Shown here piece by piece: positions 1 to 9,173 of a DNA stretch of 64,000 nucleotides. A program made the position numbers and the translations under genes. This stretch comes from an uncultured bacterium. GTDB taxonomy: Bacteria > Methylomirabilota > Methylomirabilia > Rokubacteriales > DASRDR01. How positions within the stretch are numbered: the first letter of the stretch is position 1; every line of letters begins with the position of its first letter. The stretch covers positions 6,540 through 70,539 of the forward strand of contig CAYQDR010000006.1 of assembly GCA_964416315.1 (NCBI GenBank). The letters are read 5' to 3'. The notes below the pieces were generated by a model. It did no database searches. It worked only from the letters and a program-made list of their open reading frames with translations, and was not told the origin of the DNA.

Positions 1-330
1 CGAGCCGCCGGCCTCCTCCTTGAGGACGAGGCTCCCCAGCCCCACCCCCATGAGGATCGAGACCTGCCGGACCGCCGTGACGTAGCTCACCTGGCTGAAG
101 GTGAACGCGTAGAGGATGAGGACGTAGGAGCCGTAGCGGAGGATGCCAGCGACGACGGCGATCGCCGGCGCTTCGCGCACGAGCCCGCCCAGCCGCGCGC
201 GGCGGGGCGGCAGCACCCAGAGCGTGAGGAGCCCGAGCTGGACCAGCTCCATCAGGTACATGTAGCGAAGCGGGTGGACATGCTGGACCCCGTACTTGTC
301 CACGACCGAGTAGAGCGAGATGCGCCCCCG
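1..330 (-). CDS. partial membrane protein with EamA/DMT-like hydrophobic segments; C-terminus continues beyond window start, start codon not resolved
   Basis: minus-strand frame with strong GC3 bias translating ...LGGLVREAPAIAVVAGILRYGSYVLILYAFTFSQVSYVTAVRQVSILMGVGLGSLVLKEE; truncated at window edge so absent from ORF track. Confidence 0.3.
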
Positions 331-350
331 CCGGCGGCGGCGCGGACACC

Positions 351-620
351 CTAGGAGGACCCGCGACCCCGGAGGTACCCCTCGACCGCCTGCTGCGCCC
401 GCGTCTGGTAGTCGAGGATCAGGCGGCTCACCTCCGCCCAGCGCTGCGAGAGCTCGCGCGCCGTCTTGCTGTAGGCCTCCAGCGCGTCGGCGAGGCGTCG
501 CGCGTCGCCGGCCGCCTGGGCGTCGCCGAGGGCCGCGGTGAGGGCCTGCAGCGCGTCCTCGCAGTCGGTGACGGAGACGCCGAAGATCTTGAGCAGCTTC
601 CGGGTGGAGTCCTCCGCCAT
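351..620 (-). CDS. hypothetical small protein (89 aa)
   Basis: ATG start at 620 preceded by GGAGGAG Shine-Dalgarno on minus strand; GC3-rich; no family recognised. Confidence 0.4.
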   Translation of the reverse strand: MAEDSTRKLLKIFGVSVTDCEDALQALTAALGDAQAAGDARRLADALEAYSKTARELSQRWAEVSRLILDYQTRAQQAVEGYLRGRGSS

Positions 621-621
621 C

Positions 622-1110
622 TCACTCCTCCGCGAGCTCGGGGACCGCCTGCCAGCGGGGCGGCCCTTCGGGCTTGAAGTTCTTCGTGTTCACGAAGTTC
701 ATCCCGTGGTGCAGGTTCATCTTGAACTTGCCGCCGCCGAACCGCTCCCGGAGGAACCCCTCGGGGTCCTCGAAGAACGGGCGCATCTCGTCGCCGCGGA
801 GGCGGAGCAGCCGCTTGAACCGGATCGTCCCCATCCAGGGCTCCTGGACCATCAGCGTGCACGAGAGGTCCGGCCAGAGGCGCGCCAGCTCCTCGAGGGT
901 CTGCCGCGGGCTCGGGTTCGCGAGCCCGCACGCCTCGAGGCGCCTGTCCACGTACGGCTCGAGGAGCACCCACGCCCACGCGGGGATCAATGGATGCTCT
1001 GTTTTGCCGCCCCTACCAGTCACTTCGTCGATGCGGCCACTGACAGTAGCCAGCGGGCCGCGCCTTAGTGTCCCGCCACAACACACTGGGGAAGCCTCAC
1101 AACCAGACAA
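622..1110 (-). CDS. hypothetical protein (162-aa ORF, true start uncertain)
   Basis: ORF track; stop abuts start of the 89-aa ORF; C-terminal half protein-like; no family recognised. Confidence 0.3.
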   Translation of the reverse strand: MSGCEASPVCCGGTLRRGPLATVSGRIDEVTGRGGKTEHPLIPAWAWVLLEPYVDRRLEACGLANPSPRQTLEELARLWPDLSCTLMVQEPWMGTIRFKRLLRLRGDEMRPFFEDPEGFLRERFGGGKFKMNLHHGMNFVNTKNFKPEGPPRWQAVPELAEE

Positions 1111-1495
1111 CTCTCACATTCTTCTCCACCGCCCTAAACTCGGGATCCCCGGTGTAAAGGTCGGCCCTGCGCTGGCTTGCCAGCGCAGCGGCAAAACAGT
1201 CGGCCAGCGACATTCTGGCCACAGCCTTGATCTCGCCCGCGGCTTCGGCCAGCAGTCGGTCGACCGGAACGACCTCTAAAGGAAGCCCCAGCAGCCTTTG
1301 ACGAACCTCAGTCCACCGCATGGTACTCGCTTTCCGGTCTACCATGTACCGCACCTCCGCCCAGTTCGGGGCGGCAATAAGAATCGGGAGATCTGCGTGG
1401 GCCGCCTTGTCGAAGAGATCGACGACCTTCTCGTGACCTTTCTCCGCAAAAAGGAAAGCCAGCAGCGCGTAGCTATCGAGCACGGAGGGCTTCAA
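1097..1495 (-). CDS. vapC: type II toxin VapC (PIN domain)
   Basis: 132-aa ORF with PIN-like sequence (LDSYALLAFL... DLPILI...LADCFAAALA); overlaps upstream antitoxin gene by 23 nt. Confidence 0.8.
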   Translation of the reverse strand: MKPSVLDSYALLAFLFAEKGHEKVVDLFDKAAHADLPILIAAPNWAEVRYMVDRKASTMRWTEVRQRLLGLPLEVVPVDRLLAEAAGEIKAVARMSLADCFAAALASQRRADLYTGDPEFRAVEKNVRVVWL

Positions 1496-1736
1496 GCTCG
1501 GCTTCCTCGCGCTCCTTGTCTCGGGCTCGCTCCTTCAGTAGTTCGCCCGTGGCGGAGACGTCGCTCTTGAGCATCCCGCAGACGCTTCGGATGTACTCCC
1601 GGGTCACGGGCTGAAAGAGGATTTCCCGGTCTCGCTCGATGAAGCAGATCTTCGTGCCAGGCCTGATCCCGTACTTCCTGCGCAGCCGAGACGGGATAAC
1701 CAATTGACCTTTGCTCGTCACGCGTGCAGTCTCCAT
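1473..1736 (-). CDS. vapB: type II antitoxin, AbrB/MazE/SpoVT-fold VapB
   Basis: 87 aa, METARVTSKGQLVIPSRLRRKYGI motif typical of AbrB-fold antitoxins; GGAGGAGG SD upstream; overlaps vapC. Confidence 0.8.
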   Translation of the reverse strand: METARVTSKGQLVIPSRLRRKYGIRPGTKICFIERDREILFQPVTREYIRSVCGMLKSDVSATGELLKERARDKEREEAELEALRAR

Positions 1737-1774
1737 CCGACGTCCTCCTCCTCCGCCGTGGCAATCGGCGTCTT

Positions 1775-1803
1775 ACCTTACGGCAAAAGTAAGGCACCGT
1801 CAA
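1775..1803 (-). promoter_or_regulatory. putative sigma70-type promoter (TTGACG-17-TAAGGT) with embedded inverted repeat CCTTAC-N8-GTAAGG, candidate VapB operator
   Basis: read directly on minus strand upstream of vapB start. Confidence 0.35.
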
Positions 1804-1831
1804 GGTCATCTTTCAACCCGGGTCGTGGCCT

Positions 1832-3568
1832 GTGCGGGTCTGTCGGTATGATGACGTCGTGCGGAATGTCGAGCTCGCCGAGCTGTTCGACGAGATCGCC
1901 GACCTCCTGGAGATCCGGGAGGAGAACGTCTTCCGGGTCCGCGCCTACCGCCGCGCGGCCCAGCAGCTCGAGAGCCTCGCCGAGGACGCCGCCGAGGCCC
2001 TCGAGGCCGGCAAGAAGATCCCGGGGATCGGCGCCGACCTGGCCGCGAAGATCCGGGAGTTCGCGGACACGGGGGCCGTCGCCTACCTCGAGGAGCTGCG
2101 CAAGACGCTTCCTGCGGGCGTGCGGGACCTCATGGCGATCCAGGGCGTGGGGCCGAAGACGGCGAAGCTCCTCGCCGAGCAGCTCGGCATCGACTCGGTC
2201 GAGCGCCTCGAGGAGGCGTGCCGGTCGGGGGCGATCCTGGAGGTGCCGGGCATCCGCGCGAAGACCCGCGACAACATGCTCCGCGGGATCGAGGCGTGGA
2301 AGGCCGGACAGGCGCGGATGCCGCTCGGCAAGGCGCTCGCCCTGGCGGATGCCGTCGTCCGCGCGCTCCGCGAGACCCCCGGCGTCCAGGCGATCGAGCC
2401 GGCCGGCTCCCTCCGGCGGCGCCTCGAGACCGTCGGCGACATCGACATCCTGGTCACCTCGACCCGCCCGGCCGCCGTCATCGAGCGGTTCGTCGGCTTG
2501 CCGCAGGTCGTGACGGTGCTCGCGCACGGCGAGACCAAGTCCTCCATCCGTCACCGCGAGGGGATCCAGGTGGACCTCCGGGTCGTCGAGCCCGAGGCCT
2601 TCGGCGCGGCCCTCCAGTACTTCACGGGCTCGAAGAACCACAACGTGAAACTCCGGGAGCTCGCGGTCCGGAAAAAGCTCAAGATCAGCGAGTACGGGGT
2701 CTTCGACGCGCGCGGCCGCCGGGCCGGCGGCCGGACCGAGGAGGAGGTCTACGCGGCGGTCGGGCTGCCCTGGATCCCGCCGGAGCTCCGCGAGGACACG
2801 GGCGAGATCGAGGCCGCGCTCGCCCGCAAGCTCCCGACGCTGGTCGAGGTGGAGCACATCCGCGGCGACCTCCACGCCCACACCGACTGGTCCGACGGCC
2901 ACCATCCCCTCGAGGCCCTCGTCACGGCCGCCGAGGCCCGGGGGTACGAGTACATCATCGTCTCCGACCACTCGCGCTCGGCCACGGTGGCCCGAGGCCT
3001 GACGCCGGACCAGCTCCGCGACCAGATCCGGAAGATCCGCGTCCTCCAGCGGAAGCACCGGGTCCGGATCCTCGCGGGCTCCGAGTGCGACATCCTGGCG
3101 GACGGGACGATGGACTTCCCGGACGACGTCCTCGCCGAGCTGGACGTGGTGCTCGCGGCCGTCCACTCGCGTTTCAAGCAGCCCCGCCCGGAAATGACCG
3201 CACGAATCTGCCGGGCGCTCGAGAACCCGCACGTCCGCATCCTGGCGCACCCGACGGGGCGGCTCCTCGGCTCCCGCGAGCCCTACGACGTGGACCTCGA
3301 GCAGGTGTTCGCGGCCGCGAAGCGCCACGGCAAGGCGATCGAGATCAACGGCTCGCCCTGGCGTCTCGATCTGAACGACGTCCACGCGCGCCGGGCGCGG
3401 GACCTCGGCCTCCTGGTCACCATCGACACGGACGCGCACTACCTCGACGAGCTCGAGAACATGGCGCTGGGCGTGGCGACGGCGCGGCGTGCCTGGATCG
3501 GCCCCGAGCGCGTCGTCAACGCCCTGCCGCTCGACCGGCTCCTCGGGTGGGCGCGGGCCGGGCGCTAG
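1832..3568 (+). CDS. polX: DNA polymerase X family protein with C-terminal PHP (histidinol-phosphatase-like) domain
   Basis: ELAELFDEIADLLE... helix-hairpin-helix regions, DIDILV, C-terminal HAHTDWSDG / VSDH PHP motifs; exact start (GTG 1832 vs 1858) uncertain. Confidence 0.85.
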   Translation: MRVCRYDDVVRNVELAELFDEIADLLEIREENVFRVRAYRRAAQQLESLAEDAAEALEAGKKIPGIGADLAAKIREFADTGAVAYLEELRKTLPAGVRDLMAIQGVGPKTAKLLAEQLGIDSVERLEEACRSGAILEVPGIRAKTRDNMLRGIEAWKAGQARMPLGKALALADAVVRALRETPGVQAIEPAGSLRRRLETVGDIDILVTSTRPAAVIERFVGLPQVVTVLAHGETKSSIRHREGIQVDLRVVEPEAFGAALQYFTGSKNHNVKLRELAVRKKLKISEYGVFDARGRRAGGRTEEEVYAAVGLPWIPPELREDTGEIEAALARKLPTLVEVEHIRGDLHAHTDWSDGHHPLEALVTAAEARGYEYIIVSDHSRSATVARGLTPDQLRDQIRKIRVLQRKHRVRILAGSECDILADGTMDFPDDVLAELDVVLAAVHSRFKQPRPEMTARICRALENPHVRILAHPTGRLLGSREPYDVDLEQVFAAAKRHGKAIEINGSPWRLDLNDVHARRARDLGLLVTIDTDAHYLDELENMALGVATARRAWIGPERVVNALPLDRLLGWARAGR

Positions 3569-3569
3569 G

Positions 3570-3613
3570 TCCTCGGAGGGGGCCTCGACGGCCCCCTCCG
3601 AACCCTCCCCCCG
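3570..3613. repeat. REP-like palindromic element family A, copy 1 (GGAGGGGGCC-TCGAC-GGCCCCCTCC hairpin), also serves as post-polX hairpin
   Basis: near-identical to 27037-27080 (opposite orientation) and variant at 25176-25218. Confidence 0.6.
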
Positions 3614-3814
3614 GAATACGTTGCGGCGGCGAAGCCGCCGCTCGGAGCGGACCACCATGGGCGCGTGGACGAGCGTCGCTTTGCGCCCGGTCAGTCCGAC
3701 TGCCACCCCGAGGCCGGCGACGGACATGACGGATGCGGGATGAAGGCCACGCGAGCGCCGGCGAACGAGGCCGGCGCATTTTGTCGTCCAGCCGGCGGGG
3801 TGTAGCATGAACGC

Positions 3815-4423
3815 ATGCGACAGACCCGCCGCTTCGTCGCCACGCTCGCCGCGGCCGGCGTGCTCGGGCTCCTCGCGCCTGGACCGGGCCGGACCCAGAC
3901 GCCGGAGCCGCCGAAGACGCCCGCCCCGGACGCGAGCGCTCAGCCCGCGCCCGACAAGGCCGCGGCGCCGGAGCTCACGCCCATCGGCGAAGACCAGGAG
4001 GTGCGGGCCGGCTCCGTCGTCCACCTCGAGTTCACCCTCCAGGACGACAAGGGCGAGACCCTCGACTCTAGCCGAGGCCGCGCGCCGCTCGTCTTCACCC
4101 AGGGCGCGGGACAGATCATCCCAGGGCTCGATCGCGCAGTGCTGGGGATGAAGGTGGGCGAGCAGAAGAAGATCACGGTGCCACCGGAGGACGCGTACGG
4201 GCCCGTCGATCCGGAAGCGATGACCGAGGTGCCGAAGAGCCGTGTCCCGGCGGACGTGGCGGTGGGCACGCTACTCGTCGGCCAGACGCGAAGCGGGCGC
4301 GAAGTTCCGGTGCGGGTCCGGGAGATCAAGGACGCGACCGTCGTCCTCGACCTCAATCACCCGCTCGCCGGCCAGGCCCTCGTCTTTGAGGTGACGATCA
4401 TCCTGGTCGAGCCGGCACCGTGA
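3815..4423 (+). CDS. FKBP-type peptidyl-prolyl cis-trans isomerase with N-terminal signal peptide
   Basis: signal-like N-terminus MRQTRRFVATLAAAGVLGLLAPG, FKBP motifs VHLEFTLQDDKGE..LVFTQGAGQIIPGLDRAVLGMKVGE. Confidence 0.8.
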   Translation: MRQTRRFVATLAAAGVLGLLAPGPGRTQTPEPPKTPAPDASAQPAPDKAAAPELTPIGEDQEVRAGSVVHLEFTLQDDKGETLDSSRGRAPLVFTQGAGQIIPGLDRAVLGMKVGEQKKITVPPEDAYGPVDPEAMTEVPKSRVPADVAVGTLLVGQTRSGREVPVRVREIKDATVVLDLNHPLAGQALVFEVTIILVEPAP

Positions 4424-4437
4424 CGAGCCGGGGGGAC

Positions 4438-4746
4438 TTACCCCCGGAAATCCCGGAGCTCGAACACCTGGCGCTCGACCTGCCCCTCGAAGGACGGGAA
4501 GCGCTTGACGTCCTCCTGCGACACCTTGCGCTCCGGTGACATGAGCGCGACCCGCAGGGTGTCGTGGGAGTCGAAGTAGATGTCGCAGACCTGGTAGATC
4601 TCCTGCCCGGCCTCCCCCCGGGCCAGCTCGATCCGGCGGACGCCCGGCCACCGCGCCACCGTCGGGAGGTGCTTCGACCAGTAGTAGTCGTCGAAGGCAG
4701 CCGGATCCGCCGGCCGCCCCCGGTAGATCACCGAGAGCTTCACCAT
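4438..4746 (-). CDS. EthD-family protein (ethyl tert-butyl ether degradation EthD-like)
   Basis: 102 aa MVKLSVIYRG...FDDYYWSKHLP pattern of EthD/TIGR02118; GGAGG SD. Confidence 0.55.
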   Translation of the reverse strand: MVKLSVIYRGRPADPAAFDDYYWSKHLPTVARWPGVRRIELARGEAGQEIYQVCDIYFDSHDTLRVALMSPERKVSQEDVKRFPSFEGQVERQVFELRDFRG

Positions 4747-4969
4747 GTCTGGCCTCCACGCGCGGCTCCGTTAGCCCGAAGTTCCCCTAGCGCGGGCAGG
4801 CCGCCGCGGATCGCGTCGATCAGCCGGATTTCGGTCACAGGCGGCGATGTTACCGGAAAACCGGACCCCGCGCCACGCGATTCGACGCGCCGCCGCCGCC
4901 GTCGGCCTGGGCTATACTGGGGTCGCCGCTCCCGGGGGCCATCCCGACTCCGACGACAGGAGACCCGCG

Positions 4970-6154
4970 ATGATCGACTTCAGTGTCCCGCCCGAGCTCG
5001 AGATGATCCGCAAGTCCGTGACCGACTTCATGGACCGCCACGTCTATCCGGCCGAGCAGGAGATGAGCGACGAGGGCGAAGGCCTGTCGCTCGACCGGCT
5101 CCGCTCGCTCCAGGCGAGGGCCAAGGCGCTCGGCCTCTGGGCCCCTCACATGCCCGAGGAGGTCGGCGGCATGGGGATCGGCGTGGTTGGTCTCGCCCTC
5201 CTGAACGAGATCATCGGGCGGAGCCCCATCGGCCCGATCATCTTCGGCTGCCAGGCCCCGGACGCCGGGAACTGCGAGATCCTCCACCTCTACGGCACGG
5301 AGGAGCAGAAGGAGAAGTACCTCCGGCCGAACGTGGGCGGCGAGGTCCGCTCCTGCTTCTCGATGACGGAGCCCGAGGTCTCGGGCGCCGACCCGACGAA
5401 CCTCCAGACGACGGCGGTGCTCGAGGGGGACACCTGGGTCATCAACGGCCACAAGTGGTTCACCTCGGGCGCGATCGGCGCCGCCTTCGCCATCGTGATG
5501 GCGAAGACAGACCCGCAGGCCCGATCCCACGAGCGCTTCAGCATGATCATCGTGCCGACCGATACGCCCGGGTTCAACATCATCCGGGCCGTGCCCGTGA
5601 TGGGGCACGCGCGGGCGCGCGGCGGCCACTGCGAGATCCGCTACGAGAACTGCCGGGTCCCCGCGAAGAACCTGCTCGGGCCGCGTGGTCAGGGCTTCCG
5701 CATCGCGCAGGCGCGGCTCGGCCCCGGACGGATCCAGCACTGCATGCGCTGGCTCGGCGTGGCCCAGCGGAGCCTCGAGCTCATGTGCCGATACGTCCTG
5801 CAGCGTGAAGCCTTCGGCGGGAAGCTCGCGGAGAAGCAGACGATCCAGAACTGGATCGCGGACTCCACGGCCGAGATCCAGGCCGCGCGCCTCATGACCC
5901 TCCACGCCGCCTGGAAGATGGACCAGAAGCTCGACGCGCGGGTGGACATCTCCCTCATCAAGTTCTTCGGGGCGAGGGTCCTGATCGACGTGATCGACCG
6001 GGCCATCCAGGCCCACGGCGCGGCGGGCATCTCGGGCGACCTCCCGCTCGAGATGTTCTACCGGGAGGCGCGCGCCGCGCGGATCTACGACGGCCCCGAC
6101 GAGGTCCACCGGATGGTGGTCGCCCGGCGGGTCCTCCGCCAGTTCCAGGGCTAG
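4970..6154 (+). CDS. acyl-CoA dehydrogenase
   Basis: ACAD motifs ([37 protein letters not shown]); ATG 4970 with AGGAG 8 nt upstream (in-frame upstream extension in ORF track rejected). Confidence 0.85.
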   Translation: MIDFSVPPELEMIRKSVTDFMDRHVYPAEQEMSDEGEGLSLDRLRSLQARAKALGLWAPHMPEEVGGMGIGVVGLALLNEIIGRSPIGPIIFGCQAPDAGNCEILHLYGTEEQKEKYLRPNVGGEVRSCFSMTEPEVSGADPTNLQTTAVLEGDTWVINGHKWFTSGAIGAAFAIVMAKTDPQARSHERFSMIIVPTDTPGFNIIRAVPVMGHARARGGHCEIRYENCRVPAKNLLGPRGQGFRIAQARLGPGRIQHCMRWLGVAQRSLELMCRYVLQREAFGGKLAEKQTIQNWIADSTAEIQAARLMTLHAAWKMDQKLDARVDISLIKFFGARVLIDVIDRAIQAHGAAGISGDLPLEMFYREARAARIYDGPDEVHRMVVARRVLRQFQG

Positions 6155-6161
6155 TCGACCC

Positions 6162-6187
6162 GGGGGGGCTCCGCCCCCCTTTATTTC
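6162..6187 (+). terminator. intrinsic terminator-like hairpin GGGGGGGCTCCGCCCCC followed by TTTTATTT
   Basis: directly after acyl-CoA dehydrogenase stop. Confidence 0.5.
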
Positions 6188-6255
6188 GGGGGGGCCAGAC
6201 CCTCCCCCGGGAGGGGTGGCGCCGGCAAAGCTGGCGCTCGGAGCGGAACACCAAG

Positions 6256-7347
6256 ATGGGGGCAGAGCCCGCCTCCGAAGGAGACACGGCGCCGGTCCGG
6301 CCCGACGAAGCGCTGGACTGGAACGCACTCGCGTGCTACCTGCGCGACCGGCTCCCCGGGGCAGAGGCGCCGCTCGCCGCCACCCAGTTCCCCGGCGGCC
6401 ACTCGAACCTGACCTACTGCCTCTGCTTCGGCGCGCAGGAGTACGTCTTGCGCCGTCCGCCGCTGGGCCCCGTCGCCCCCACGGCCCACGACATGACGCG
6501 CGAGCACCGTGTCCTCTCCGCCCTCTGGCGTGTCTTCCCGCCCGCTCCTCGCCCCTACCTCCTCTGCGAGGATCCCGCCGTCATCGGCGTCCCGTTCTAC
6601 GTGATGGAGCGGCGGCACGGGATCGTCGTCCGGACGGCCATCCCGCCGGAGATCGGCAGCGACCTCGCCCTCAGGCGCCGGGTCGGCGAGGCCGTGGTGG
6701 ACACGCTCGCGGCGCTCCACGCCGTGGACTGGGAGGGCGCGGGGCTCGCCGGGCTCGGGCGCCCGGCAGGGTTCGTCGAGCGGCAGGTCCGGGGCTGGGC
6801 CGAGCGCTACGAGCGGGCGAAGACCCGCGACATCGCGGCCATCCGCGATCTCGCCCGGTGGCTGGCGGAGCGGATCCCGCCGTCCCCACCGCCCGTGCTC
6901 GTCCACAACGACTACAAGCTCGACAACGTGATGCTGGATCGCGCCGATCCGGCCCGCATCGTGGCCGTGTTCGACTGGGAGATGGCGACCCTCGGCGACC
7001 CGCTGGTGGACCTCGGCCTCCTGCTCTGCTACTGGGCGGACCGGGCCGATCCGCCCGCGCGCCGGCAGCTCGTCAGCCAGGTCACCGCGGAGCCGGGGTT
7101 CCCGACACGCGCCGAGGTCCTGGCGCGCTACGCGGCGAGGACCGGCCGCGACGTCTCCCGAATCGCGTTCTACGAGACGTTCGCGCTCTACAAGGTCGCG
7201 GTGGTGGTGCAGCAGATCTACGTGCGCTACCACCGGGGGCAGACGCAGGACGCGCGCTTCGCCACGTTCGAGGACCGCGTGGTCGGCCTCGCCGAGGCGG
7301 CCCTCGAGGTCGCCGAGCGCTCGGGGCTCCAGGGCGGCGCGTCTTGA
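6256..7347 (+). CDS. phosphotransferase family protein (APH-like kinase, ACAD10/11 N-terminal-domain type)
   Basis: [14 protein letters not shown] and [15 protein letters not shown] kinase motifs; adjacent to acyl-CoA dehydrogenase. Confidence 0.8.
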   Translation: MGAEPASEGDTAPVRPDEALDWNALACYLRDRLPGAEAPLAATQFPGGHSNLTYCLCFGAQEYVLRRPPLGPVAPTAHDMTREHRVLSALWRVFPPAPRPYLLCEDPAVIGVPFYVMERRHGIVVRTAIPPEIGSDLALRRRVGEAVVDTLAALHAVDWEGAGLAGLGRPAGFVERQVRGWAERYERAKTRDIAAIRDLARWLAERIPPSPPPVLVHNDYKLDNVMLDRADPARIVAVFDWEMATLGDPLVDLGLLLCYWADRADPPARRQLVSQVTAEPGFPTRAEVLARYAARTGRDVSRIAFYETFALYKVAVVVQQIYVRYHRGQTQDARFATFEDRVVGLAEAALEVAERSGLQGGAS

Positions 7348-7378
7348 CACCGCAATACGTTGGCCTTATGATCGTATT
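7344..7378 (+). promoter_or_regulatory. sigma70-like promoter TTGACA-17-TATGAT with inverted repeat AATACG-N12-CGTATT overlapping -10 (candidate VapB operator)
   Basis: read directly upstream of vapB2 start 7395. Confidence 0.45.
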
Positions 7379-7394
7379 ACACGTGGAGGCCGCG

Positions 7395-7586
7395 ATGGCG
7401 AAAGTGCAGATGTCCCTGCGACTCGACGCTCGGTTGATTCGCGAGGCGCAACGGATCCTGCGCGCCCGCAGCAAGACTGAGGTGGTCGAACGAGCTCTCA
7501 GCACGGTCGTGGAGCAGGAGAAACACCGCCAACTGATCCGGCGATTCAGCGGGACTGCCAAGCCGGAGGATTTCCGCGATAGCTGA
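7395..7586 (+). CDS. vapB: type II antitoxin VapB (63 aa)
   Basis: MAKVQMSLRLDARLIREAQRILRARSKTEVVERAL... typical VapB antitoxin; immediately upstream of PIN toxin. Confidence 0.7.
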   Translation: MAKVQMSLRLDARLIREAQRILRARSKTEVVERALSTVVEQEKHRQLIRRFSGTAKPEDFRDS

Positions 7587-7614
7587 GCTGGCCATCGTAG
7601 ATACATCGGTCTAT

Positions 7615-7986
7615 GTGGACAACCTACGCTCCGGCCGGTTCGAGTCCCAACTCCTCGGGCTACCGTTCCTCATCCGCGTCAGTGCGGTAGTCGTCGCCGA
7701 GCTGGCGCGGGGGGCCCGCTCGCATCGCGCCAGACGCTTCGTCGAGCAGCTCTCGCGGCGCGCGCCACTGGCGGTGCCACATGAGCGGGACTGGGTGCTC
7801 TCGGGTCGGCTTGTCCAGCGGCTCGCGGATCGGCACGGGTTCGAGATCACCAAGCTTCGGGAACTTCACTTCGACGTGCTCATCGCCCTCACTGCCCGTC
7901 GATCGGGAGCGCAGCTGATCACGTCGAACGCCCGGGATTTCCTGGCCATCAGGGAGATCATGGCTTTCAAGCTCACCGCGTGGTAA
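7615..7986 (+). CDS. vapC: type II toxin VapC (PIN domain); N-terminus probably extends upstream to a non-canonical start (in-frame ...ELAIVDTSVYV precedes GTG 7615)
   Basis: PIN-like IVDTSV...SAVVVAEL...DVLIALTA...ITSNARDF motifs; stop of vapB overlaps. Confidence 0.7.
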   Translation: MDNLRSGRFESQLLGLPFLIRVSAVVVAELARGARSHRARRFVEQLSRRAPLAVPHERDWVLSGRLVQRLADRHGFEITKLRELHFDVLIALTARRSGAQLITSNARDFLAIREIMAFKLTAW

Positions 7987-7999
7987 AGGCAAACACGCC

Positions 8000-9157
8000 G
8001 TGAAGATCACGAAGGTCGAGGGGATCCTCCTGAGCGTCCCCCTTCCCCCCGAGCACGTCGTCCGGTGGTCGGGAGGCGAGATGGCCATCGCGCACGCGGC
8101 GCTCGTCCAGGTCCACACGGACGACGGGCTCACGGGGCTCGGCGACACCTACGCCGGCGGCTGGTTCTACCCCCAGGCGGCCAAGGCCTTGCTCGAGCAC
8201 TTCGAGCCGTTGCTGGTCGGCGAGGACCCCTTCGACGTCGGGCGGATCGCCCACGGCCTCTGGGCGAAGAGCCTCTACTGGGGGCGCGTCGGCGCCGCGG
8301 TGAACGCGATCAGCGCGATCGAGAACGCCCTCTGGGACCTGGTCGGTAAGGCCCACGGCGTCCCCGTCTGGCAGCTCCTCGGCAGCCTCGCGCACCGGAC
8401 CCTCCCGCTCTACGCCTCGGGGGGCCTCGAGAAGCCGCGCGAGCAGACGGTGGCGGAGCTCCGGGGTTACGTGAGGGCCGGGTTCCGCGCGGTCAAGATC
8501 CGCGTGAGCACCGACCTCGAGCGCGCCGTCGAAAAAGTGCGGCTCTGCCGGGAAACCCTCGGCCGCAAGGTCCAGCTGATGGTGGACGCCGTCATGGGCT
8601 CGCACCCCGAACCCTGGTCGGCCAAGGACGCGATCCGGTTCGCCCGCGCGATCGAGCCCTACGACGTCGCCTGGCTCGAGGAGCCGTGCGCGGCGTGGGA
8701 CCTCGAGGGCCACGCCGCGGTCCGGCGCGCGACGACGATCCCGGTGGCCGCCGGCGAGACCTCCTACGGCCTCCAGGAGTACCGGCGGTTCTTCGACGCC
8801 GGCGCGCTCGACATCGTCCAGCCCGATGCGTGCACCTCGGGCGGGATGCTCGAGTGCACGAAGATCGCGGCGCTCGCCTCCGCGCACGCCGTCCGCGTCG
8901 CGCCCCACGCCTGGGGAAGCGCCGCAACCGTGATGGCGAACCTCCACTGGGCCTTCACCCGCCCCAGCGTCTTCATCCACGAGTATCCCACCTGGGGCTT
9001 CCCGCTGCGGGACGAGCTGCTCGTCGAGCCGCTGGTGATCCGCGACGGGATGGTCGCGCCGCCGACCGCCCCCGGGCTCGGCGTCCAGCTCATGCCGGAG
9101 ATCCGCGAGCGCTACCCCTGGCGGGGCGGCGTCGGCGCGACCATGCGACGAGGCTAG
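8000..9157 (+). CDS. mandelate racemase/muconate lactonizing enzyme family protein (enolase superfamily)
   Basis: KVDAVMG...WLEEP...DIVQPD metal-binding pattern of MR/MLE family. Confidence 0.85.
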   Translation: MKITKVEGILLSVPLPPEHVVRWSGGEMAIAHAALVQVHTDDGLTGLGDTYAGGWFYPQAAKALLEHFEPLLVGEDPFDVGRIAHGLWAKSLYWGRVGAAVNAISAIENALWDLVGKAHGVPVWQLLGSLAHRTLPLYASGGLEKPREQTVAELRGYVRAGFRAVKIRVSTDLERAVEKVRLCRETLGRKVQLMVDAVMGSHPEPWSAKDAIRFARAIEPYDVAWLEEPCAAWDLEGHAAVRRATTIPVAAGETSYGLQEYRRFFDAGALDIVQPDACTSGGMLECTKIAALASAHAVRVAPHAWGSAATVMANLHWAFTRPSVFIHEYPTWGFPLRDELLVEPLVIRDGMVAPPTAPGLGVQLMPEIRERYPWRGGVGATMRRG

Positions 9158-9173
9158 CGATGAGGGGAGACAG

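Noticed and set aside
1778-4024. 748-aa minus-strand ORF antisense to polX/FKBP genes, and similar very long ORFs (2218-3729 +, 4850-6328 -, 11627-13288 -, 13134-15878 -, 16780-18759 -, 23170-26085 -, 29076-31292 +, 39902-40642 +, 58600-59370 +)
   Set aside because: Arg/Pro/Gly-rich low-complexity translations lying antisense or frame-shifted to recognisable genes. These are the typical stop-codon-poor alternate frames of ~70 % GC DNA.
4847-4969. In-frame upstream extension of the acyl-CoA dehydrogenase ORF (MLPENRTPRH...)
   Set aside because: An internal ATG at 4970 is preceded by AGGAG at the proper spacing and begins the conserved N-terminus. The extension is low-complexity.
7625-7660. 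tRNA-like T-loop sequence GGTTCGAGTCC
   Set aside because: It lies inside the vapC coding frame (…SGRFESQLLG…). No flanking acceptor/D/anticodon arms can be folded, so it is a coincidental match.
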